DNA from: Macrostomum lignano
Taxonomy: Eukaryota
Direction: 5' to 3'
Assembly: GCA_002269645.1 (NCBI GenBank)
Contig: NIVC01002144.1
Coordinates: 163,022-201,206, forward strand
DNA length: 38,185 nucleotides
Positions 1-10,240 of this stretch are shown here, one piece after another. The first letter of the stretch is position 1. Each line of letters begins with the position of its first letter. The notes beneath the pieces are model-generated. The model had not been told where the DNA came from. It ran no database searches and saw nothing but the letters and a program-made list of their open reading frames with translations. The position numbers and the translations under genes were made by a program.

Positions 1-1640
1 GCATTTTTCATGCCGCATTTGTAGCGTTTGACACGGTAGAGGCCGCGTGAGGTGTTGATCACTGATAGTTCTTCCGCAGATTCATCGAGAGCTATTTGCC
101 AATAGGCAGAGCGCAAGTCTATTTTCGCAAACTTTTTTGCGTTTTTGAGCTTGGCGAATAGGTGCTCAATTGAGGGGATTGGATAGGACTCCGACTTGAT
201 TTTCCCATTGACGTGCATTTTGTAGTCGGCACACATGCGCAGCGAGCCATCTTCTTCTTAACCCAAACAACAGGCGATGCGTTGCTTACCGGGCCCTCAA
301 TTGCTCGAGCTCTCTAGCTCGGCATTAACTTGTGGCTCCAGCGCAAGTGGAACTGGACGAGCGCGGCAGAACTGTGGTCTGGCACCTTCAATCAGTTCCA
401 TGCTCGCTTTGATGCCCTTGATGGTCGGCAGTGGTTCATTGGCAGGTGCCGCTGTGGCAGTGGTGGCTGCGTGGAATACGGCGTCGCCATCTAGAAGATC
501 GCGTCCTAGCAGGCCGAATGTCTTTGAATATATGAAACCACCATCAGCTCAGCTGGATGAATTCGACCGCGCATCTCGACGGTTGTAGACAGTTTTCCCA
601 ATGTCTTTAGGATGTGGCCATCATACGCCTCGAGTCGCCGATGATACTTGTCCAATTTGAGGCATTGCAGCGATTCCCAGAGGTGGCTAGAAAACACTGA
701 AACTGAAGCTCCGGTGTCGATCTGCATCGGAATAGCGACACCGTTGATCAGCACAGTTTCTGTCGTTACCGAAACAGCATGGATGAGATCTACGTCTGTC
801 AGATGGAGTACATCAGAGGCGTCGGAGTCCGAGGTTACAAGTTTTGTGTCCATATGGTTGACCTGTCTGACGCCACTGGAGCGGCACACGGATCCAAAGT
901 GGTTGCGCTTGTTGCATTTGTTGCATGTCTTTCCGTAAGCCGGGCATTTGCCAGCTGGATGAGATCGGCCACAAAACTTGCAGTCGCCTATGTGCCGTTC
1001 ATGGGACACGCTACCGCCTCGATGCTGCCGAGCTCCCTTCCCTGTGAAGTTGATGGAGTGTCCTTCTTGGGTAGGCTCTGTGTCAGCGTTTCGAAGATCC
1101 TTGCTGTCTACGAACATCGTCACTTGTTCGATAGTCCTGACTATATCCACGATTTTGGCGATCTTCAAGTCTTTCGTTTGCATGGCTCCCAGAATGCGTC
1201 GTTGATCTTCTGGGTTCTGCAGGCCAGAGATGAGCATCAGACGTACTATTTCCTCTTCCGGTCTGGTGCAGGTTTTTAGAGCATCGAACTCGCAGTGCGT
1301 GGCCCCTTCCTCAAGCGAGAAAGGAACTCCGTAATGGCTCATCGGCAGCTTGACGTAGCGTGAAGAATTTAGTTCTCTCAGCAACGGCAAGGTGCTTTTG
1401 GGGTTGCAGAAAGTTCGTAATGGCAGTCTCCAGCTCCGCAAAGGTGTGTGCTTCCACTTCTTTCGGTGCGACAAGATGAGTAACTTTTTCGAGAGCTGCT
1501 AGTCCACAGAGCGCTAAAAAGTTGTCCGTGATTTTGTCGATCTGTTTCTTTATCTTCCACTTCTTGGTTCGAGCCAAGGCTTTGAATGCCTTAATCCAGG
1601 TTAATGCATGAACCGTGTCAGTAAGATCCAGATTGCCAAG
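1..1640 (-). pseudogene. gag-pol polyprotein remnant with several frameshifts
   Basis: Continuous homology needs frame changes near 1320, 510, 290 and 255. ORF-track pieces 1311-1577 and 506-1474 are two segments of it. Confidence 0.88.
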
Positions 1641-1652
1641 CCGCGACGCCGT

Positions 1653-1830
1653 TGTCGTAGTTTGAACGAAGCTGTCGGAAGCGTTTATTCAAGCATAGAA
1701 AATTATAACATAAGTGGGAGGCTGAGAACGAAAGCTTAAGAACGTATAGCTGGTTGCTACCATAGACATAACAAGGATATGATTGGGTAATGTGCAACAG
1801 CGCTAGCTCTAGCTAGCAGCCACTACCACA
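1653..1830 (-). repeat. 5' LTR of the Gypsy element (178 bp)
   Basis: Ends TGTCGTAGT / ACTACCACA are 8/9 inverted with TG...CA termini. AATAAA on the minus strand near 1685. Followed on the minus strand by a PBS-like ACGGCGTCGCGG and then gag. The 3' LTR is outside the window, so the pair cannot be compared. Confidence 0.75.
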
Positions 1831-2878
1831 CTCATGACACACTGAGTCCTCATGACACACTGAGTCCTCATGACACACTGAGTCCTCATGACACACTGGG
1901 CCGTATGCAGAAAGCTTAGTCCAGACTAGCTAGTCCGGACTTGGGTAGTTCAGTCTATAGTCTATGGTCTAGCTACCCTAGTTCTGCTATAGTAGACTGG
2001 TCTAACTTTGTGTTTCTGCATACCAAATCCAAGTCTAGACTAGTTTTTCAAGACCGGACTACCCTAGACAGAGCTTTCTGCATACGGCCCACTGAGTCCT
2101 CATGACACACTCAGTCCTCATGACACACTGAGTATTGATGACACACACGAGTCCTACTCATGACACACTGAGTATTGATGACGCACACGAGTCCTCATGA
2201 CACACTGAGTCCTGGTGACGCACTGAGTCCTAACTCACTGAGTCCTCATGACACACTCAGTCCTCATGACACACTGAGTATTGATGACACACACGAGTCC
2301 TACTCATGACACACTGAGTATTGATGACACACACGAGTCCTCATGACACACTGAGTCCTGGTGACACACTGAGTCCTAATCACTGAGTCCTCATGACACA
2401 CTCAGTCCTCATGACACACTGAGTCCTAACTCACTGAGTCCTCATGACACACTCAGTCCTCATGACACACTGAGTCCTAAGTCACTGAGTTCTCATGACA
2501 CACTCAGTTCTCATGACACACTGAGCATTGATGACACACACGAGTCCTCATGACACACTGAGTATTGATGACACACACGAGTCCTCATGACACACTGAGT
2601 CCTGGTGACGCACTGAGTCCTCATGACACACACGAGTCCTCATGACATACTGAGCATTGATGACACACTAAGTCCTCATGACACACTGAGCATTGATGAC
2701 ACACACGAGTCCTCGTGGCACACTGAGCATTGATGACACACTGAGTCCTCATGACACACTGAGCATTGATGACACACACGAGTCCTCATGACACACTGAG
2801 TCTTGATGACACACACAAGCCCTCATGACACACTGAGTCTTGATGACAAACTGAGTGCTGATGACACACACTAAGTCC
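1831..2878. repeat. Minisatellite, 18-bp core CTCATGACACACTGAGTC with 20-bp variants
   Basis: Direct tandem copies visible, interrupted at 1898-2090. Confidence 0.95.
1898..2090. mobile_element. 193-bp MITE, PIF/Harbinger (Tourist)-like
   Basis: Perfect 19-bp TIR GGGCCGTATGCAGAAAGCT / AGCTTTCTGCATACGGCCC. 3-bp duplication ACT on both sides (1895-1897, 2091-2093); removing it restores an intact repeat unit. Superfamily inferred from GGG termini and 3-bp TSD. Confidence 0.85.
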
Positions 2879-3013
2879 TGACATTTTATATAAGTAATAT
2901 TGGCATTCACTCCTATTAACATCTATCAATAGTAGATTTTTTTCAGCGCCGGAACGAAGTAAAGCAGGAACGCGAAATTCAACAACACGAGGCAAATTAT
3001 TGTATATTTATTT

Positions 3014-3762
3014 AGGATCTATTGTAGATCTATCGAAGATCCATTGAGGATCTATTGTGGATCTATTGTAGATTTATTGAGTATCTATTGAAGATCTATT
3101 GAGGATCTATTGTGGATCTATAGTAGATTTATTGAGGATCTATTGTGGATCTATAGTAGATTTATTTAGGATCTATTGTAGATCTATCGAAGATCCATTG
3201 AGGATCTATTGTGGATCTATTGTAGATTTATTGAGGATCTATTGTAGATTTATCGAAGATCTATTGAGGATCTATTGTAGATTTATCGAAGATCTATTGA
3301 GGATCTATTGTAGATTTATCGAAGATCTATTGAGGATCTATTGTAGATTTATCGAAGATCTATTGAGGATCTATTGTAGATTTATCGAAGATCTATTGAG
3401 GATCTATTGTAGATTTATCGAAGATCTATTGAGGATCTATTGTAGATTTATCGAAGATCTATTGAGGATCTATTGTAGATTTATCGAAGATCTATTAAGG
3501 ATATATTGTAGATCTATCGAAGATCTATTGTAGATCTATCGAAGATCTATTGAGGATCTTTTGAGGATCTATTGTAGATTTATCGATGATCTATTGAGGA
3601 TCTATTGTAGATCTATCGAAGATCTATTGTAGATCTATTGAGGATCTATTGTAGATCTATCGAAGATCTATTGAGGATCTATTTTAGATCTATTGAGGAT
3701 CTATTGCAGATCTAGTTAGGATCTACTGTGTATTTACTGATGATCTATTGTAGATTTATTGT
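3014..3762. repeat. Minisatellite, 33-bp unit GAGGATCTATTGTAGATTTATCGAAGATCTATT made of three 11-bp subunits
   Basis: Tandem copies visible; generates the spurious RIYCRFIEDLL ORF. Confidence 0.95.
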
Positions 3763-3862
3763 ACGGTTTCCGTTTACAGTTTTAGAGTAAAAAATGATTT
3801 GTTTCTACAAAATCAAGTCACCATTAAATTCTTCAAAGGTTTGACTGCAAGTCATCAGTCGG

Positions 3863-6800
3863 TCACACGGCTCTGCTACGCTGGGGTGCCACTTGGTTTT
3901 TGTTGCTGGATTCCGAACTGTAGATCACCAGGGAGCCGACGACCAGGAGGAGCTGAAAATTGTATTTTTCAGGGATTTTTTGAAGTTTACAACTTATCAC
4001 AAGGTATTTGTAATCGCTGACCCAATGATTCCCTGATCATATGACCCACTGACGCTATGAACCACTGACCCTATGAACCACTGACCCACTGACCCCATGA
4101 ACCACTGACCAACTGACCCTATGAACCACTGACCCACTGACCCTATGAACCACTGACCCACTGACCCTATGAACCACTGACCCACTGACCCTATGAACCA
4201 CTGACCCTATGAACCACTGACCCTATGAACCACTGATCCCATGAACCACTGACCCACTGACCCTATGAACCACTGACCCACTGACCCCATGAACCACTGA
4301 CCAACTGACCCTATGAACCACTGACCCACTGACCCTATGAACCACTGACCCACTGACCCTATGAACCACTGACCCACTGACCCTATGAACCACTGACCCT
4401 ATGAACCACTGACCCTATGAACCACTGACCCTATGAACCACTGACCCTATGAACCACTGATCCCATGAACCACTGACCCACTGACCCTATGAACCACTGA
4501 CCCTATGACCCACTGATCCATGAACCACTGACCCACTGACCCTGAACCACTGACCCTATGACCCACTGATAATATGACCCACTAACCCAATGACCTACTG
4601 ACCTGACCCTATGACTCACTGATCATATAAACCACTGACCCTATGAACCACTGACCCTATGAACCACTGACCCCATGAACCACTGACCCACTGACCCTAT
4701 GAACCACTGACCCTATGACCCACTGATAATATGACCCACTAACCCAATGACCTACTGACCTGACCCTATGACTCACTGATCATATAAACCACTGACCCTA
4801 TGAACCACTGACCCTATGAACCACTGACCCCATGAACCACTGACCCACTGACCCTATGAACCACTGACTTTATGACCCACCGATCCAATGACGCAATGAC
4901 GGGACTTATAAAATTTATCCCAATGAACCATTAGCATTCCATAAAACTACACTGGCTAACCTGCAGCACCAGAAGGCCAGCCAACGCGGGAAACAAGTAA
5001 TTAAGGAAATATTTGTCAATATAGCCAGTAAAAAAGATGTCATAGCAACCAATTTGGTAGTTGCTATCCGTGTTGTTGTAGGGACAGTACAGGTTTAGCG
5101 GTTCCATTCGAGCTAAGTCGAATTTACAGCAGGTCACCGGGTAAGTTAAGTCTGCAATTTTTATAATTTTGTTCATTCGTATTAAGCGTATTTGCCTACT
5201 GTTTCAGTTTAGTAGCAACATAGAAATATTTAGATAAATTTGCGCTGAAAAGTTAGAGCAAGAACTTACTGAAAGTGAAATTTCTGCCGCCCTGACTGAT
5301 GAAGTGCTGCCTGTCCCAGTCCTGGCTGAGGTTCTCAAAGTCTGTGCCATTGTTCACTCCGCAGCAGCCAACAAGTATCTGCAGCATATTCTGCAGAAGG
5401 CTCTCTAAGTTTGTGCTCCGGAATCCTTTGTACTTAGCGACACTTTGCTCCATGGCCGATTTGGCTGAAGCTTTTAGCTGCGGATTTTGGGAATTGTGGG
5501 ATGTAGGTCAGTAATGCACTGATGGTGAGTCACTTTGATGAGTCACCGATGCACTAATAATAATCATGAGTCACTGTGATGAGTCACCGATGCACTAATA
5601 ATGGTGTGTCACTATGATGAGTCACCGATGCACTAATGATAATTGTGTCATTGTGATGAGTCACCGATGCACTAATAATATTTGTGTCATTGTGATGAGT
5701 CACCGATGCACTAATGATAATTGTGTCATTGTGATGAGTCACCGATGCACTAATAATAATTGTCATTGTGATGAGTCACCTACACCTAGTTTAGTTAATG
5801 AACCCGGATTCACCGCCCTAGCTCATATTGATATGCTAATCAAGACGTCAATATTTAAGGTATCCTTGTAGCAGCCTGATTTTACCTGGCGTCAGTATTT
5901 TTACAGCGTACCTCGTTTCATACGAGCCTGTAACCTATTCAACATTGGCAATGTTGATAAGATAAACAGTCTCCGCTTTCAATGTCCTGCTGTCTTGCTT
6001 TTTTCTTGCTTTTTTCTTTATCGAAAGGCTGAATGCCGATAAAAAAGTCTTGTGTGTGATTGTCACTGTCTGCATTTAAACAGTTATGGTTAATGGAGGA
6101 TAGAGACTCGACTCACAATTTCAGAGTTGGCGTACCAGATAATGACAACGATTAGCTGGCCAAGGAATACTAGCCCGACGATTATGGCGTACTGAAGTTA
6201 GAAATGTGACAGTATTTGCTTAGATTGCTTGACTCGGGACTCGGGACATGGGACTCGGGACATTGGACTCGGGACATGGGACTCGGGACATGGGACTCGG
6301 GACATGGGACTCGGGACATGGGACTCGGGACATGGGACTCGGGACATGGGACTCGGGACATGGGACTCGGGACATGGGACTCGGGACATGGGACTCGGGA
6401 CATGGGACTCGGACATGGGACTCGGGACATGGGACTCGGACATGGGACTCGGGACATGGGACTCGGGACATGGGACTCGGGACATGGGACTCGGGACATG
6501 GGACTCGGGACATTGGACTCGGGACATGGGACTCGGGACATGGGACTCGGGACATGGGACTCGGGACATGGGACTCGGGACATGGGACTCGGGACATGGG
6601 ACTCGGGACATGGGACTCGGGACATGGGACTCGGACATGGGACTCGGGACATGGGACTCGGGACATGGGACTCGGGACATGGGACTCGGGACATGGGACT
6701 CGGGACATGGGACTCGGACATGGGACTCGGGACATGGGACTCGGGACATGGGACTCGGGACATGGGACTCGGGACATGGGACTCGGGACATGGGACTCGG

Positions 6801-8407
6801 GACATGGGACTCGGGACATGGGACTCGGGACATGGGACTCGGGACATGGGACTCGGGACATGGGACTCGGGACATGGGACTCGGGACATGGGACTCGGGA
6901 CATGGGACTCGGGACATGGGACTCGGGACATGGGACTCGGGACATGGGACTCGGGACATGGGACTCGGGACATGGGACTCGGGACATGGGACTCGGGACA
7001 TGGGACTCGGGACATGGGACTCGGGACATGGGACTCGGGACATGGGACTCGGGACATAGGACTCGGGACATGGGACTCGGGACATGGGACTCGGGACATG
7101 GGACTCGGGAGTTCTAAAAAGTCAGCTCTCACAATGAGGAGGCACTGCCGAATTTTGCAGCAGCCCCCGATACAGCCGAGACAGGCCACTGCGAGAATGA
7201 CCACCCCAGCCACAATGAAGGCGGCGCCAACGGATCCGGTCAGCTGACCGATGCTGCTCAGCAACTGCTGAATCTCAATCTCCTGACCTGTGTGAGACTT
7301 CAGCAAATCCGAAATCGTCTTGAGCCAGTCCTGCACAGAGTCATTCGAGCTTAGCCAGTTCAGGCCAACGGTGAACACGAGACCCAGCGCGAACAGCAGC
7401 AGGCCTACGAGCTGTGAGAGTTCGAGTTGAATTAAAGTAGATTGAATTTGGCTGAGCCAGCATAGCAACCAGAGCTCTAACAGCATAGCGACCAGCGTCA
7501 CAAACAGCATAGCAACCAGAGCTCCAACAGCATAGCAACCAGCCCTACAAACAGCATAGCAACCAGCCCTACAAACAGCATAGCAACCAGCCCTACAAAA
7601 CGGCATAGCAACCAGCCCTAAAAACAGCATAGCAACCAGAGCTCCAACAGCATAGCAACCAGCCCTACAAACAGCATAGCAACCAGCCCTACAAAACGGC
7701 ATAGCAACCAGCCCTACAAACAGCATAGCAACCAGCCCTAAAAACAGCATAGAAACTAGCCCTACAGACAGCATAGCAACCAGCCCTAAAAACAGCATAG
7801 CAACCAGCCCTACAAAACAGCATACATGTAGCAACCAGCCCTACAAAACAGCATACATGTAGCAACCAGCCCTAAAAACAGCATAGCAACCAGCCCTACA
7901 AACAGCATAGCAACCAGCCCTACAAACAGCATAGCAACCAGCCCTACAGACAGCATAGCAACCAGCCCTACAGACAGCATAGCAACCAGCCCTAAAAACA
8001 GCATACATGTAGCAACCAGCCCTACAAACAGCATAGCAACCAGCCCTACAGACAGCATAGCAACCAGCCCTACAGACAGCATAGCAACCAGCCCTAAAAA
8101 CAGCATAGAAACTAGCCCTACAGACAGCATAGCAACCAGCCCTAAAAACAGCATAGCAACCAGCCCTACAAAACAGCATACATGTAGCAACCAGCCCTAC
8201 AAACAGCATAGCAACCAGCCCTACAAACAGCATAGCAACCAGCCCTACAAACAGCATAGCAACCAGCCCTACAAACAGCATAGCAACCAGTGCCGCAGGA
8301 AATAAAAACAGCACAAAAACTTCCCAGCTCACAATGGCAAAGTTGTTGACGGTCACCAGCAGGCAGGCGCAGAGGCAGCTGCAGCATTTCAGCCCAAAGT
8401 TCGACAT
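3863..8407 (-). CDS. Tetraspanin A, 6 exons, about 305 aa
   Basis: Exons 8407-8333, 7411-7133, 6191-6117, 5477-5270, 5151-4961, 3952-3863; all GT-AG, phases 0,0,0,1,0, no internal stop (918 nt). Four hydrophobic segments; EC2 has GCCG, NGTDF, PVTCC, CP and GC (6 Cys); juxtamembrane Cys cluster (LGCIGGCC); ends SNKNQVAPQRSRAV*. Confidence 0.92.
4020..4885. repeat. Minisatellite in Tsp-A intron 5, 16/24-bp units GAACCACTGACCC(ACTGACCC)TAT
   Basis: Tandem copies, with a larger block of about 157 bp duplicated near 4555-4867. Confidence 0.95.
5520..5780. repeat. Minisatellite in Tsp-A intron 3, 39-bp unit containing TGAGTCA
   Basis: TGAGTCA at 5526, 5539, 5567, 5580, 5618, 5657, 5696, 5735, 5772; 39-bp spacing in the core. 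Confidence 0.93.
6232..7110. repeat. Minisatellite in Tsp-A intron 2, 14-bp unit GGGACATGGGACTC
   Basis: About 60 near-perfect copies with occasional 1-bp deletions. Confidence 0.97.
7458..8290. repeat. Minisatellite in Tsp-A intron 1, about 24-bp unit CAGCATAGCAACCAGCCCTACAAA
   Basis: Tandem copies with variants (ACATGT insertions, AGAGCTC). Confidence 0.95.
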
Positions 8408-8659
8408 TTTGTTGAAGAAAAACAATGAAAATTCCAAATAGGACTCAAATAGCTACAATATTGACTGTCACGAGTTAAAAGTTAAATAAGTGCTCAGTCA
8501 CTGCTGTACTCCGGTCACTATTGGCTGTGAAATTTTAGCGGACCAAAATTTTAACCAACTATAGATAGCGATATGTGGCTAGTGCTATGCTATCTAGGTA
8601 ATGCTTGTAAAAATAGACTTTGCACTCATAATCTGCTTGAGTTTTCTAAGGCTCTCCGT

Positions 8660-9880
8660 CACCCTGTTCTCTTTCCCCATGTATACCCTTTCCTGTTCCC
8701 TTTCTCCTATTCTCTTTTCCCTGTTCTCTTTTACCTGTTCTCTTTTACCTGTTCTCTTTCCCTGTTCTCTTTTCCCTGTTCTCTTTTCCCTGTTCTCTTT
8801 CTCCTGTTCTCTTTTCCCTGTTCTCTTTTCCCTGTTCTCTTTCTCCTATTCTCTTTTCCCTGTTCTCTTTCTCCTGTTCTCTTTTCCCTGTTCTCTTTTC
8901 CCTGTTCTCTTTTCCCTGTTCTCTTTTCCCTGTTCTCTTTCTCCTGTTCTCTTTTCCCTGTTCTCTTTTCCCTGTTCTCTTTCTCCTATTCTCTTTTCCC
9001 TGTTCTCTTTTCCCTGTTCTCTTTTCCCTGTTCTCTTTTCCCTGTTCTCTTTCTCCTGTTCTCTTTTCCCTGTTCTCTTTTCCCTGTTCTCTTTTCCCTG
9101 TTCTCTTTTCCCTGTTCTCTTTTCCCTGTTCTCTTTTCCCTGTTCTCTTTCTCCTGTTCTCTTTTCCCTGTTCTCTTTTCCCTGTTCTCTTTCTCCTATT
9201 CTCTTTTCCCTGTTCTCTTTCTCCTGTTCTCTTTTCCCTGTTCTCTTTTCCCTGTTCTCTTTTCCCTGTTCTCTTTTCCCTGTTCTCTTTCTCCTGTTCT
9301 CTTTTCCCTGTTCTCTTTCCCTGTTCTCTTTCTCCTATTCTCTTTTCCCTGTTCTCTTTTCCCTGTTCTCTTTTCCCTGTTCTCTTTTCCCTGTTCTCTT
9401 TCTCCTGTTCTCTTTTCCCTGTTCTCTTTTCCCTGTTCTCTTTTCCCTGTTCTCTTTTCCCTGTTCTCTTTTCCCTGTTCTCTTTTCCCTGTTCTCTTTC
9501 TCCTATTCTCTTTCCCCTGTTCTCTTTCCCCTGTTCTCTTTCCCCTGTTCTCTTTCTCCTATTCTCTTTTCCCTGTTCTCTTTCCCCTGTTCTCTTTCCC
9601 CTGTTCTCTTTCCCCTGTTCTCTTTCCCCTGTTCTCTTTCCCCTGTTCTCTTTTACCTGTTCTCTTTTACCTGTTCTCTTTTCCCTGTTCTCTTTTCCCT
9701 GTTCTCTTTTACCTGTTCTCTTTTCCCTATTCTCTTTTCCCTGTTCTCTTTCCCCTGTTCTCTTTCCCCTGTTCTCTTTCCCCTGTTCTCTTTCCCCTGT
9801 TCTCTTTTCCCTGTTCTCTTTCCCCTGTTCTCTTCCCACTGATCTCTTTCCCCTGTTCTCTTTCCCCTGTTCTCTTTCCT
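8660..9880. repeat. Polypyrimidine minisatellite, 14-bp unit CCTGTTCTCTTTTC, between the two tetraspanin start codons
   Basis: About 1.2 kb of near-pure C/T with about one purine per unit. Confidence 0.97.
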
Positions 9881-10240
9881 TATTTTTTCCTCAAATATTG
9901 AACATAGTACTTAAAGTAGTAGTCAAACTATCTCAGCTACGTTAGCATCTTACTTTAGCCTCTCCACTTTGCTTTCAGTTTTAGTTGTTGACCTAATCTC
10001 TATGCTCTTGAAACTTGACACTTCCTCTGCTGCAGTTCTTGCGTCAGTCATTCATCTCCGAGCGCACTGCCTCTCAGCAGCTATCGTGTCTGTTTACCAA
10101 TTGGTTGTCATGGAGACGAAAGTCGCGCTAGACCGACACTTCGGCGTTGTAGAGTTTATAAAAATGTTAAACAACATAAGTTGGCAAGTCGCAAAAACCA
10201 GTCTGATTAACATTGCCGTCGAATCTTGACTTTTCTAGCT

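Larger units (their letters stand above)
1..1830 (-). mobile_element. Ty3/Gypsy LTR retrotransposon, 5' part (runs off the left edge), decayed
   Basis: Minus strand reads LTR, gag with CCHC knuckle (CKFCGRSHPAGKC and CNKCNKRNHFGSVC), aspartic protease (IDTGAS ... FGLLGRD), then the start of RT (DGSLRMCADYK ... YPIPSIEHLF ... KIDLRSAYWQI). Protease followed directly by RT is the Gypsy order. Confidence 0.93.

Noticed and set aside
500-520. Programmed gag-pol ribosomal frameshift
   Set aside because: The shift falls inside the protease, no slippery heptamer is evident, and other disabling frameshifts flank it, so decay is the simpler explanation.
3099-3533. 144-aa RIYCRFIEDLL repeat ORF
   Set aside because: Translation of the 33-bp minisatellite.
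6182-7134. Long ORFs in all frames (SRVPCPESHVP / GLGTWDSGHGTRD repeats), including the 550-aa ORF
   Set aside because: Stop-free translation of a 14-bp minisatellite; only 7133-7411 is real coding sequence (Tsp-A exon 2).
8573-9901. 364-442-aa ORFs (FSLFPVL / REKRTGKREQG repeats)
   Set aside because: Artefacts of the CT-rich tandem array; no coding signature.
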